Assembly (NCBI GenBank): GCA_964658305.1
Contig: OZ210884.1
Location: forward strand, 930,001 to 994,000
Origin: Leptogorgia sarmentosa
Lineage: Eukaryota
Length of the DNA: 64,000 nucleotides
Direction of reading: 5' to 3'
In this document: positions 12,201 through 27,200 of the stretch, piece after piece
Layout of the letters: the number at the start of each line of letters is the position of its first letter
Numbering within the stretch: the first letter of the stretch is position 1
Program-made: the position numbers and the translations under genes
Notes under the pieces: model-generated
Databases searched by the model: none
Told to the model about the DNA's origin: nothing
Seen by the model: only the letters and a program-made list of their open reading frames with translations

Positions 12201-15200
12201 TTAAGAAAAATCGATAATTTGGAAAAATTTACAATGATTTAATCTGGGCATATACCTGAGGTATCTTTTGTTTCAAGGCTTTAAATACTTCTCCGTCACA
12301 AATATCCTTACTGAACACAAACAACTCAATCTTAAAAAAAAGAAAACATCATGAAAAACAATACAATATAGTGTAATTCAGTTGGTCTACACGGCGTGTA
12401 TCAAAAAAGTTTAGAATTTTGAAAGAATGGCTAAACTAAACAGCGCGCAAAACATGCGAAAACTCCCATGAAGTCAGCCTAAAATGTTTAACATGGTCCG
12501 CCGGCTCTGATACACCTATAATTAAAAGTATTTATTATTTTTATAATTAGTTGAATTAATTGTTTATGGCCGAAGGCGAATTCCCACATCATAAAGAATA
12601 GATTTCTGAATGATTTTATTGTCAGATGGTGTTACATTTTTGTCTTACTCTTCATTGTTGAAGTTACTTCCGAATGATATTATAAAATAGGCCCTTATTA
12701 ACCGTTCAAAACTCTTCGCTCACGCTCGTCATATGGTAGAATAGTCGTGTTTCAGTCTGTGGTGCCTTTAATGAGTCACTCCGGGTTGCAAAAAAGCTGT
12801 GGGTACGCGGGTAAGACCGTGAGGAAGGTCTGTCACATGTAAGGTATTTGAGGAAATTCTCAAGATTTCAAGAATAGTGCTAACTCGGTAAAAACTAGGA
12901 ATACGAATAATAATTTTGAATGATGTATATTTATATATAATTTGTAATTTATATATAATTTGCAATTTCAAAGCCGTAATTTGCATTTTAAGGGGATGTT
13001 GAACATTTTTTGCAAATCTGACTGTTACTCCTGCTGTTTACAATAATTTCAATAACATACTCACCAAGGATATTAGTCTAGGTCTTCCTCTGATGAATCT
13101 GTCTACCACCTGTCTTTCCAAACATTTCCAGTTAAAGTCGATTGTAGTTCCCTCACCAACTTTCAAAGAATAATCACAGTGTGCGAAGATCATTGGCAAG
13201 AAGTCTTTATCGGGATCGTATGCTACAAGATGAGCCTTAGTGACGTTGGACAGCGGAATTTCTGGAGGACTGAAAAATACGTATACAATAAATATTCAAT
13301 ATATTCAATTCACTTTCTGCAACGATACCAGTGACGACAAAACGATGACAATGACTACTGATCAAAATTGACAACTCCAGTCTTCTTCGATTATCCTGTA
13401 GAACTATAGTTATAGGATTCTCATAAAAACCGAAGAGAAATTTGTTCTGATTGAAAGTATGCCAATTTTTTAACATTTGTTTCCTGAAAAATACACTTAT
13501 ATATGGGTATTAATCAGGGGAGTGAATATCAAATATACCTATTTTGAAAACTGGAATCTTGGAAATGCCATTTCCTGCGATCTGGGCACTGACAAATTAA
13601 CTGTTTCACCGAAATATGGTCATGACTTTGGCAAATTCAATATATATATTCATGGCGAAAACGTTTTTTGCGAGTGAAACAGGAGTTGCGTGTAAATCAA
13701 TGATTATTCAGAAATTGGCTCTTGTAGAGCCATAGTTGCGAGGTACCAGTGAAACAAGAATGTAAAATTGCGTAAATCTTAGTAGAGTAATCGGGATTCC
13801 CCTTCGAAAAATTTTTAGTCGGTCTCTTTCGGTCTCTTTAATTTTTTATGCAACGCTTTATTTTCAGACCGAGTGTTATCAATTTTCAGACCGACTATTA
13901 CATTTCACTGGGGTGGGGTGTTCCACTCTCCCACACCCTCCACATTTACGCCCCTGGTCTTAATTGGCCTATAGAAACTGATAATTATTGTATCCTAAAA
14001 ATTTACACAGCAGGATCATCTGCAGCTCATTCAAGCATAAACCGTAGCAAATGTATTAATCTGGACAATTAATGTATTTTTAAAATCAAAAGTGGCAAAT
14101 GCAATCAGATTTACCTGCTTTCATCTCTTAGCAAGCTCTTACAACGACCAATGAAATCATTATGTAAAGAAACGAGAAAATTATTCAAAGCCAAAGCGCA
14201 TCTTCCCAGGCCTGATTTTGCAGGCAAGAACAAGGAAATTGGTGTCGAATTTGTCACTTCACGGTTACACATTTCCTGTGGAATTGAATAAAGACCTATA
14301 ATAAAAAAAACAAAATGCATAAATTGGCTGTTTTATTACACAACAAGATGAAATTATATTGTTATTAAAGTTATTTTGTTAAAGTTATTAAAGTTATTTT
14401 GTTTAAAAAATGAAAAGAAAAAAATTAGGGGAAAAGGAATGTAAACATAATTGATCGAAGGTGGCTGTCATTTCGTGCGTAAAAGCTTGTTCATCAAACG
14501 GTCACTCGAAGTGGAAACTTGTAAAAAAATCATGTTAAATATTGCATGATTTTTTATCGAATGACAAGTTATCATGACACATGCAGATAATAGCTATAGA
14601 TTGGGCAATAATACTTCCGTTCCGGTGTCTGGACGATTGTGATGTCATGTAAAGGATTGTCACTTAGCGCGTTCCTTTCCCTGAATAAAAAATATACTTG
14701 CCATCTTGTGTTAGACTGGATCGGATAATTTTCCAAGCCATTTTGAAACTGCTAACGAGGGCACTGAACTGTTCTTTTGTTTGAGGAGCTGAAAAAATTA
14801 GAACAATAAGTAAAAAATGTGATACAAAGATATCAAATCTTTCATCGCCATTTTGGGTTACGTTCAAGGTGTAAGGGTGGTCATCACAGGTCTCAAAAAT
14901 ATGGCGGACTGTCACGAAGGACGAACACTAAAGGCTTTCGAAAGGGCGAAGACAAAGACGGAAACTATTGCTGCACGACTACAAAAGACTCCCGAGAGCA
15001 TATGAATGCAGGAAAAAGACAAAGAAGCCAAGAGAAACGACAATGGATTGAATCCCTTCGCCCCCAAAACAATGTTGACTTGATTCTAAATGCATTAAAC
15101 ATGTTGGGGGGGGGGGGGAGGTTTCTTTATTTTGCTCTAAACCCCATAAAATAATCGCATGTGTCGTAAATGGTTTGTTGAAAGTGAATTAAATTGAATA

Positions 15201-18200
15201 TATGGAGTAAAGCAGTTTTTCTTACTTCGTTTCAAGAATTCTTTTAGAGTATATTCCTCCGCTTCATTTCGATCCAAACGACGATGAAATTTCTCAAAGA
15301 GTAGACGTTGAAGTTTTATAATATCTGGAAGATATTGCAACGCACGAAGATGGTGTTCCTAAATAATTAAAGACAAAAAAAATAAGTAAATAATTACGGA
15401 GACTATCATACCGGTGGTACCACAATATATATGGTTTCACATATGCATCATCTATCTCATGCACATGGAATTATTTTTATGTGTTAATCAAGGTGATTGT
15501 CCCTGATATTTCTGATATCAATGTGATGTCAATGATTCGGATACCTTCTTCAGAAATTCTGCCAGAACCTCACATCTGCCTGGTTTATCGCGCGCCTGTG
15601 AATACTCTTGAAACTTGAATGACATAAATTCGATCGTGATTTTTTTGCGGTATCGCCAAAATGCTGCACACATTGGACTCAGTTCGGTTATGGATTCATA
15701 ACTTGGGACATCCAGCTCGTGTAACAATCTCATCAAACGATTATTGCCTGCAGATTTAAAGTTTGAAAATTTATTGGCAATTCCTGGAAATGTGGGGATG
15801 ATGAATTATCTCTTGGGTGAAATGAACTATAGCCCTATCGTAACACCTGAAACAAATACAATAAATTATTCGTACAAATACTGCTGTCTTACCAAGTCTT
15901 TCATCTCGAACCATGCGTCCCAGACTGTCCTGCATTAGCCGAGTCATATCCTAAGAAATTAGAATGTTTCTAACAGTTAGAAGCCGATAATTTTGAAATG
16001 CATTTTTTAAAAAAACAGAATGATTTGCAAGAAGGTTGCAGTTGCCACCGTGTTTTATCTAAATCTCATTTGGGGACAAGAAACGTCGAAGATTACCATT
16101 TCGAAGCATCTAAGAACAAGCGCTCGCACTAAATTCCTTAGCTCAAAGTTTGTAAGAAACCCCTCATTCGAAAGATGAAAGTGCAGGCTTTAAGTTGAGC
16201 ACAAAACGAAACTGTGATAGAAAAAATAGATGTTCAGGACGACTCCGTTTTTTGATTCCACCCAAACAGGATGCAACAATTAATGTTGTGCTATTCCACA
16301 ACTCAAAAACAAAGGATTTGAGAAGAAATCGGTCGGGCGGAACACAAATATTACTCCTCCCGATATTATCGCACTAGTTTCGCCCCTCCTGTCAACCTTC
16401 ACAAAGGACATATTTATCCTTCCTTGAACGTTGGGTTTGGTTCAAAATACCAGTCTCTACATATATAAACTTACGGAGAGAACAGGGTTTAAGTAAGTTG
16501 TCATAAATTCGTCTTCCCAAACTGTTCTTGAATCTTTGTTTGTAAGGTTGCCAGCAAAATAGCCTGTAAACATTCAATATACACCATCCGTTACGTACAG
16601 GTAACAAGGCCGTCGGAAGCAAATATACATTGGGGGGGGGGGGGGGGGCGGGGCTTGCAGAAGCCTCAGCACTAGGCGAATGCCGAAGGCGTTCGCGCTG
16701 CTAGCCTAACCCTAAAATTTTGAAATCTAGAACCCCCGAAAATAGGATTTCCAGCGTTTTGGGAAGTACATTCAATTCTAGAATTCTGAAGATCAGGTTC
16801 GCATCTTTTCTAGTCTGAGTGTTTTATTTTGGTTTGTTTTGTACATGTAAAAATTATTGGGGGGGCTCAAGCCCCCCAGCCCCCCCCCCCCCGCTTCCGA
16901 CGGCCTTGGGGTAACTATTTTTGATTGATTTTTTTTATTACATATTCATTTTTTGACATATCGAGGTATTATTGACTGGATCGGAGTCTTTTGTTATTGT
17001 TTCATCTCGACCAATAATCAAGACCTGTAATTGGCTACCGAAATATGGCTCCTTTGGTAAATTGGGAAGTACAATGAGAGATATATGACTAAGCTTTGTA
17101 TTCTCATAAAAATATTAAAAATATACGACGAATTTCTAAAACAGATTTCGATATGTTTAATACGAAAACCTTTTTAAAAATACCATTAGCACCAAAAACA
17201 CACATTAAGAAGCCAATTTTAGTTACATTGCCAAAAATCCACGATTTTTCGGCGCATGCTCATACGAATTTCACAACCGGCTTTACAACAAAATTATTAT
17301 GCGTATTCGCTATTCACGACAACTCGAGCAACACTGGTAATACGAAAAAAAATCATGAAAAGAAAAACGATTTAAACAAACTCAAGTTTTTTTTTATATA
17401 GTAGACAGTGAGATACCGAAAAATACGCAGTGAGAAATCTTTCATATCTTCACTAGTGAAGAAAATACTTTATTTTATATATTCTATATTAATTCATTAG
17501 TGAAGATATCGATCACGTCATCATTTCTGGCCTATAAATTTGTTTTAAAAATGGCGACGTTTGTCTAAGAGCGGCAAACCAATTTTTGTCTTTGTTCAAT
17601 GAAAAAAACAACCTGTTTTCTTCTCGTGGTAAATTGATTTTTGTAATGGCCTCTACGTATATCCTCTACGTAAAGGTGTGGTTGACTGGATGTCTAAAAA
17701 GCCAGTGGTGTAGCCGCCAGAACGATAATTGGAAGGCCCATATTTATACTTTTTGTGTTCAGACATAACGTTTAACGACGTTTACGTTTAACGAATAAAA
17801 CATGAAGAGCTCTTACCCCTCTGCTGACCGAAGTTGTTTACAATTCCAACAAGGACTAGATGAACTAGTTGAACCGCGTCGTCATCGCTGTTGCCAGTAC
17901 TTCGTGCTATACTTCTTATATCATGTTGGATATGCTGTTTTAAGAACTGGACGACATCGGGAACTTGTGGTTTTATCATAGCAGCAACACTCTAGTCAAA
18001 ATAAATTATTTTTCAGTATATACTAATTGGTTATAAATTTTAAAAGCGACTAAACATTTCCAATGATCTCATTGATCGAAAAATTCCGAATTTGAGGCGA
18101 TATTCTCCCGCCACGGGGTGACTATAAAAATAATGTTTTGAAAATAGCAGCTGATGATGGCAATCAAGAACAAAGATATTGCAAAAATTGAGTGTGACCG

Positions 18201-21200
18201 CATGCAACAGAAATTGTCAAAAGGGCCTCACTAAGAACCTTCAAGGTGAAGTTTTTAACTTCTAACGCATGTAATCATGTAATCATACAGAATAACGAAA
18301 GATGTAATCAAGTGAATACAGCAAAATGTATTTCTATTCGGACAACCCTTTCTGAGCGCTGATTGGCTAAAACACGAACACGAGATCACGTGGACGTATA
18401 CTGTATACAATGTAAAAACCCGCATCATTGATGTACCTGAAGATTCTGATCTGTTCCCAACAACATGGCGACATGTGTTAAACAACGTAAGACACCACAG
18501 GCCAAAGGAGTCAAATTTCGTGTTGATGTTAAAGTCTGTAACTGAGTATTAGCGCGTCCAAGAATGTGACCAGAAGCACTACGATCTTCCCTATAGTAAA
18601 TTATTTTAAAAAAATATTGTCAACTGATTTCAATCGTCAAACCCTGCAGGAGGGAATTTACATAACGAATTTTAGATAAAAAGCGATTTTTGCGAAATCA
18701 CACATCCGCGGGGCGACTACAAACATCATTCACGTAATACTTTAACTCCTTATGTTTGCTTATGTGTAATTGCAGATAGTCTTCAAACAGAAATTAAGAA
18801 GAAATGAGCATCTCAGTATTACAGCAAGGGGGAAAGCCAGGAGAAAGATTTGCAATCACGTGGCTTTTTACGCAATGTTTCCCCCGGGGGTAATGAGTAA
18901 ACAATTGTTTCCCTCCCCCGCCCGCCTCCCCAAATGGAAAAAGTGTTTTCCCAAGTTTATTTGAAGACTACAGGATCAAGGAACGATTCTATTGAATTCT
19001 CTCACATTTTTCTCTTTCGCAGTGAGTAGGACTGACTTCTACTCACTGGCGAAGCGAAATTTCTTCTCGAAAAATCTTATTTGCCTTTATGACGCATGCG
19101 TACAATCATTTCGCGCGAAAATTTTCGCATTTCCCAAAGTAATATCGCCCGTAGATTCAGGCCTTAAAAGAGACGAAAAATTACACAGACAAGCAACAGG
19201 AAATTCTTTAACCATGCTGTGGAAATCCTTTAGGGAAGTTTTTAAATTTCAAAATCGCTCACTGTGCATGTATTGTTTTTATCACGAAATACAATGAATG
19301 TATATTTTTTATTTTTATTTCGTATCGGGAAACATTGAGTCTCTCGGGAAGACAAAACTATTTCCCTCGCGAGCAGACATTAAGTGCAATATTCTATAGT
19401 CCTACTCTGAAAAAAATGTAAGTATTATAAAGTAATGTTTTGAAAATTAAAGGAAATAACATTCACCTTGATGCATCTCTATTATTTGTTGCTAAATTAT
19501 GATTCATACCACCAATGGGAGCGCGACATGCTGGACAGGTGTAACTTTGGTTTGGCCTGCCACACTGAAAAATTTAAAGCAAGGAGACAATTTGGTGAAG
19601 ATTTAATATGTATTATTTAATATGAATATAAGGATATAGAAGAAGCAGAACCGGAATGCAACCTAGCTAAATTTTTCTGCCACATACGGTATAAACAATA
19701 AAGTAAAATATAACATATATACTGTACATGTTCACAATACTTACTTCTGTAATAACATAGCGATGTCCATTTGGGCACTCTAAAGCGAAAGCATAATTTG
19801 ACCATGTTGAGTTTTTTTGTACGGAAGTGAATACATGTTAAAGTTTACACTTATTTCGTTTACTGCATACATGCTAAAGTTCGCACGTAATTAATTTACA
19901 AGGCATTTACAAGACATAATTTATTTAAACTTCGAGGCATGACTTACCATACCACTTTCCAGTGGTTGCCTGCATAACTTCCGGTGCATCATCATGAGGC
20001 ATTGTAGGAAGAAAAGCATTCTAAATACAAACAAGACGCAGGACGTTTCTACGTATTCGTTAGTGGATTGACGGGGGGGGGGGGGGGGGGGGGAATAAAG
20101 GGCTTAAATGAATGGGGATAAATTCCTAAAGCCAGAGCGTTTGCCTAATTTTAACGTCAATCAATCAGATTGTATTATATTTGTAGGAAAACTTTCAATT
20201 CTGTTAGGGAAGGGGGTTAGGCACATCGCGAATCATTCTAAGAAGGATAAGTCTAAGAAGTTTATTTCCAGACAATTACTACCAGATATTCATTTACACG
20301 CAAGGGTTTCACGTCAATCCTTACTGTGCTCAGAAAAATAACTGTCACGGTCATATCCTACCGCTACCTGAGCTTTTTTATACTTCATAGCATACGTTTG
20401 AAGACATGATAATATAGAAAGTGTGCCTTTTACTGGCAAGGCCAGTACAGTTTAGTGTGCGGGAGTATTATAGTCTGTTGTTCGGGAAAAACCAAGGATA
20501 TTGAATCGAACCTTCGAACACAACATCGAAATTTAATCCAATTTCTGACTATCGCTGTTATTAAAATATAGCAACAAATGCACGAAACACTAAAAGCGCC
20601 AACGAAGCTTGTCATTTATTATTCTTACCAACATTGAAGCAGGATTGAAAGCGAGATTGGTAAGTTGTTGCAGCAGCTGATTCTGAGGCAGACATTTCAT
20701 GACGACAAGAAAATGAACCAAGATCTCAATTAACCGCCTGTCATTGGCAGATTGTCCAGGACGTAACTGAAGAAGGTGGGTGGTAGCGTTTTCGAAATTT
20801 GTCAACAAATTTCCAGCAAGGCCCCTTAACTAGAAATGAGAAATCTGGTTTCAGTAAACAAAAAAATTGAATATATTCAATGACTTTTGCAAACACAGTT
20901 GACATTACAGTACAAATAGGCTGCTATTACAAATTACGGTGCCAGGTGACTGAATCGAGAAAATATCGAAATAAATCTAAATCTTCAAGCAAACACCTAT
21001 GAATCATACTGCTTGGGTAAGTGAGATACGTCGCACATATACAGGCGGGTTATACTGATATTTGCAAACAGGATGTAGAGCAAAGAATGGAGTATGCACA
21101 TCGTGTAAGTTCACAAACAGAATTTCCGTACGGCTACAGCGCCTGGACTTCGAACCCGTGAATTTACAAATGCCATAACGGGACATTTCGCTACATGGAG

Positions 21201-24200
21201 TAACGCCCTGTCCTGACTCGCGCGTTTTATGTGGAAAGTAAATAAATAGAAGAATTAAAATGAAAAGAAAAAATATATAACGTACTAAAAATCAAACTAG
21301 TTAATTAAAGAATATTCTTACTTCGTTTGGTAAATACTGAATTTTTCCAATATACTGACTGAGCATTTTTAGGATCTGAAAAAAAAAATTGTGAAAAACG
21401 TGTGACGTGTTTAAACCATAAAACAAACTGGAGGATAGCAAGATGTTGCTGAAGTATCTCAATAAGCATAAGAAATTGCAAAAAGGATTTGTCAATCATC
21501 TTGACATTCTTTGCAGCCAAACATAATTTCTAATCTCAAATTAAGTGCAAATTAACTACAAGTTAGCGTGTAACGTTGCAAATATCGATGAAAATGTACA
21601 AGAATAGGCACCGACGATCCTCTACACACGCATATATTTAAAAATCAGCGAAAACATACCCTATCAGGGATTCCCTCTGCTACGTTTCCATGTGAAAAGC
21701 TTGTCGTTATTTCACGAAACAGAGCCAGTAAAACATAACAAGAACGTGCAGCTTGCTGGGCCTGCAAATCCTAGAAAAGATTTTAATGGTCATTAAGTAT
21801 ACAGCAATCTCAATGAAACTGAAATTAATAGGAGAAAAACAGGGGTAGCTGTTTTTGTTTGATATCCCACACGACGAAAAATAGGATTGAACAATGTTTT
21901 GCTGCCAATATTAAACAATTATTGGATTATCTAATTACATTAATTACAATTACAAGGTCTGAATTGACCGAGGTCTGAATAATTCTTGATATCATGCGAA
22001 AGCCGAATCCAATAATTGTTTTATTATACATTTAAAAGACACGGTAATTTGGAGAGTTCACTTTCATTCAGCAAAGCAAATCTGCTACAGGCCATTGTTT
22101 GTTTGTTTGTTTGTTTTTTCGCGCGCTTTTAGCTTCAAGCTTTTGACAGCGCTAGGGCTTGGGCACGAGAGAGTCCAATAATATTTTTTTTGGGATGCAA
22201 GTTCGATCCAAAAAAATAATTATTGGACGCTGAAAATACGTAATAAATACTGAGTACTGAGAATTAGCCGGTGCTTTCTGACCAATCAGGAACGAGAATA
22301 AATATTAAATGTATAATGATGCTCATAGTTGTCAACAATATTGTTCAGCATCGTTAGACCCAATTTGGACAAAACAATATTGTTCAATATTGTTGACAAC
22401 CATAGTGTTGGCAGCAAAACACTTTTCAATCCCGCTGAACTGCGGGCTCCAAATTTTGCTGTGTGCAAGTCTCGCGAAGAGCGACATTCTGCCACACAAA
22501 AACAGGTTTCTGGAACTACGGTTTCTGGGAAAGTGATATTAAAAGAGAACAGAGCATGAGGTCACTCACCTTTATGACGACATCCAGGCCATCAACATTG
22601 GATGTAAGTATTGCGTTGGCTACAGCCTCTCGAACAGTGTGATAATTCTCATGATGAACAATGAACGTATCCGGACTCTTATCTTGATCCTACGAATTCA
22701 AACAAAATACAAGCTAGTTTGATTGAAACACTCGATATGTTTGATTGAAAAAATAGCAAATCAATTCCCCAGTCCCAGGGACGGTGGTTTGATAAATGAC
22801 ATTTTATATCGCAAATTAAGAAGCAGTATAGTAAGTTAGGACGAGGCGTGAACGCCGAAACATGCGCATGTATGCAGATGGTATTACGCTCCTTTACATG
22901 CATAGGTGTTGTTTGGCACTCTCTGCATGCGCAGAGCTAGTAAGTGGGTGTCTACTCGCAATATTGCAAAGCTCTCGTCCCTTGTAGTAATTTTTATATC
23001 ATTTTTTATGCCTTGGTGAGTAGTTTGCCGTTCAATTTTACATTCACCAACTACTTTTCAGACATTTCAGTTACTTAAAATAGCTATAATCCCATGCAAC
23101 CAGGATTCATTCTTTTTTAATTCGTCACATGCTGGTTGCAAACTATTCCGCAAAACAACTACTTTCTGAATCACAACTACAATAACTGAATTTCCAGAGC
23201 GTGAATTTCCAAGAAGTAAAAAATCTGTCTTACCTCAGACTGTGGTGGCATAATCCATTTCAGTTCTCTTCTTTTACATCTTTCTTTAACAGCATTAATC
23301 CCATTAGGGTCATGGCGAACCAACTGCTTCAATAAAAACAGCTGGATAACATTTCGATTTGGATGGCTACACAGATGTTTTGCTGTTTCAAGGCACTTTG
23401 GAAAACCAGCGAGACGTTCGTAGTTATCAACAAAATCATCGCCTAAGTATGTAGAAAGGACATCCAATGCAGCCCTTATTGCGGCGACATCTTTAAGACA
23501 ATTGATATCCCAAACGTTCGGTGATTGAGGTGTTACGTTAATAGTCCGTAGAGTTCTTTCCAGTATGCTGCATGTGGACATGATTTGCACATTCTTCCCA
23601 GCTTCCTTCACTTTTAACAACTTCACTGTCTCCACGTCCTTCACAAAGAAATATGAGAGAAGTTAAAAATTTCGCGATCGAAAAAAACTGAAAATTCAAT
23701 TCTCAAAACCCGGGGGTGATTTCTTTTCCAATCGCCAGGGGAGGAAATTTCTTTCTTCTTTTGAAAAAATGGCTTAGCTGTGTAAGCTTTTAGAAACCTG
23801 ATCAGCTTTGTGCATCTTTATTGTACGCTTCCACCTGTGAGACATTTAATTACCAATATTCCTAATATAAAAGTTCTAATTGTAATTAAATGCCCCTTGA
23901 GCAAAAGCAGAATGGAAATATGCAAACCAGCCTGCATATACTATAATTTCACATGGAAAAATTTCAAGGGAAAAAACATAAAAAACACTAACAATAATAC
24001 AAAAAAATAATAAGAAATAATACAAATAACATAAAAATAATATATACTTATCAAATACACATATTTAATTGAATACCTCCATACACTGCACGCATAAAAC
24101 GCAAACTTCGATCAAATGTTCTCTCTGTGCTGCCAAACCGCTTGCACGACGAAAATATTCTTGCAAATGACCATGTACCTCCTTTTCCCTGAAGAGATTA

Positions 24201-27200
24201 TCAAACGAATTACGAATTACAGGGCATATAATATATACCTTATATTGAAAAGAAATCCGGGAAAAGAAAATTAAAAAGAAATGAGGATTCAAAACTTGCA
24301 TATCATGATGACCACCGCCCTTGTTACCCCAATTCTACATAGCTCTGTGTGCAATTCAACCAACAGAAGTTAATCTTAAAGCCTACCTTTCTTTTATTGC
24401 CAGAAGTTGCTGTAAAATATAGGATCTGATAACAGGCGTCACATCAATTCCTTGCCCATCAAACGGTGTGAAGTCTTCGGTTCGATTTTCATCCTTGATC
24501 ACGTAGCTTATAAATTTTCGGACAAGATCAGCATTTGGCAACTGCTCTCCGAAGCAATACAGCGAGACAAGCTCCATGAAAAATGACTTGCAGCGGTTAC
24601 GAAAACTGTTGTAGACCTCGATAGCATGCCTTTAAGACAAGAAACTCATAGTTAATAACTCTGTGTATTAATATATTGGGTAGATTATATACCGGGTAGA
24701 CGTAATCTGTACATTGTCGTGAAGACCTGGTGTTTTTTTTACAGTTTTGACCAAAACATATAAGAGCAAGCCTATATGAGCCTGTAAAAAATTGCCGATC
24801 GAAATTGCATATTTTCACCGTTGATCATGATGACAAGCATGGAAACTCGGATTGGCTTTTATTTTTGTATACCCTGTTGTTGGGGAAACTCATTCAACTG
24901 TACCTGCATCTTTTGTTGATTTCGACTTTGAAGTTTGCACCAACTTCTTTCCTGCATAAAGGACACGCATTGTGGTCCTTAAACCAGTTGTTTGCACACG
25001 ACATACAACACACATGCTGGCATGGCATTTGAACTGGCTCTTCCAAAGGACCTTTACAAATTCCACATCTGGTCGCGTCAAACCTAAAGGGAACATATGA
25101 ACATGGAATGCATATACTCCTATCTTCCTCTTAAAAAAATGGCGGGCTTGTAGGGGCACTTTTGTCTCACTCACATCAAATCCGTGCGGTTGCAGGGGAT
25201 GAGAATAAAGGAATACCGAATGGTCTTGCGTGCAGGATTGCATCATCCATGCGCGCGGGATGTGGCGAGTGTTCGGAAAGCGTAAAAAATCACGAGCCGC
25301 AGGCGAGCGACTGTTAGCTTTCCGAAACTAGAGCCACATCCCAAGTGCATGGATGACGCAATCCTGCACGGTATTGTTTTATAAAATAACTGAAGTGAAA
25401 CAACGGAAAATGTTCATTTTGTTTCCATAAATAGGAAAAACCCTTGTTTTTTGTTTTCGATAGCAATCTGTGTTACTGTCAAAATTTTCATATTTTACTT
25501 TTACTTTATTGCCGACATTCCCAAAACCCCATGACTCGTGAGCACCGTGCTCGTGAGTAAACATTCAGAATTTTCCGTGCAGGATACTGCACAGGATCCT
25601 TTTTTAGCTATTATATAATCTCGTTTCTTTTGATAAATACCGGGATAGTATTTAGTGTAACGTTTTTTCTTTCTTTCATAAGATCTCAGTTTTATAAACA
25701 CATTTATTATGTACTACCAGGAAATGATAATAGTATTATGGATTTTCTATAATTGGTCTGTATAATCAATTTTACATTCAACATTTAGTACATACTTGAG
25801 TAGACGTTTGCTCACACCATCACTGCAAGCTTTCAAGAATCTTTCAATAACCGTCATCGTATGTTCAGTAGAAAAGTCAAGATTTTCACCCAAGGCCTGC
25901 GAATAACACATGTGCTGAATTGAGAAGCGTTGTGACCGAACGTTCAACTACTCCCTCATCTCACTGCATTTGTAATAACCTGTATTTGTTTTGTGGTTCA
26001 AGTTAAGCTGTTTTTAATAACTAAACTTTACAACTGTAAGCACTCAAAAAAGATCCAAGATTCAATGTGGAATAATGTTTCAGAAAAAGAGAACAATTAT
26101 TTTTGAAGCCCAGAAAAAGAATTGAAAAAAGGTTTTAGCTACCTTCCACAGTTGAAAAGCGTTCTGTGCATCAGCTGGATGGGTCGATTGTCCGGGTGGA
26201 CATGTGTGTTCAACGAACATGCGTACAACGTCCAAACGTATCCACATGGTTCTATAAAGACAGCGTGTTCCTATATTCAGATGTGGTTTTGGTATAATTT
26301 GTGACCCGTAACAATGTAACTGCTCGAGCAGACCAGATGTCAGTACGCCTTGACGATGACGGCGAAATTGAATACAATTGAATGCAAAACTTGTTAGAAA
26401 CAGCTTGTGCTTCTATGAACAAGAAAATTACACGGCGGTTTGAAGATATGAATTTTATCTTCTCGGGGTAAAATGATATTTAATATTACTTTCACCACTC
26501 GAAGATAAAACTCATATCTTCGCACCGCCGTGTAACATCCTTTATTGGGCTCCATATATTGATACATTGTGAATGGTTGTCTATCCCACCCTATAACTAT
26601 AAGAACGTTACCTGCAGTTTTGTAAAATATGAGCGGATCGATCACCAAAAAGTTGAGCATGAAATCTTGCTTCACTGTTAGTATCTTCTGTCTGCTGTTG
26701 CGACGGTTTGGAGATTAAAGTTTTCATAATTTGTATAATAGGACGGATGGATTGAACACGATTACACCAAATTAATCTATTGTCAGCATTTTCCAGATCT
26801 TTACGCTTCGGTTCCAATTGCAGCAAACAACACTCAAGTGCCGCCACATCAAGGATCTGAAATTATGATAAACGAAATTATTACGTGAACAAGAATCCTG
26901 CATGAACACATGAGAATGTGCTTAATGAGATGAACACATGAGATATGTGAAACACATTGTTCCTAGGAGTCAATCCATACCCTAACATAGTTTTCCTATA
27001 ATTGTGTTGTTTACACGTTGCTGAGGTGGAAAGAAAAGAAATTCTGTAGAATCTCTTACGGAAACTTCAAATAATAATTTCACATGTTAAATTTAATGTG
27101 AAATTGAACGGCTCTTCATGTAAAAATGGTCATTTCATAAACGAAATTGAAAATTTTCACATGTGAAATTATTATTTCATATACGAGGGATCGGAACAGT

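Noticed and set aside
15751..17816. Apparent deletion in the protein between exons 17817-17991 and 15545-15747
   Set aside because: Two small in-phase exons (16475-16563 and 15893-15950) fill the gap.
20073..20093. Long G or C homopolymers (also near 15106, 16632, 34155, 47025, 47153)
   Set aside because: They are common parts of local MITEs, and homopolymer length may be unreliable in assembly.
24890..25246. 118-aa ORF covering the RING exon
   Set aside because: Wrong frame. The splice-compatible frame encodes the RING.
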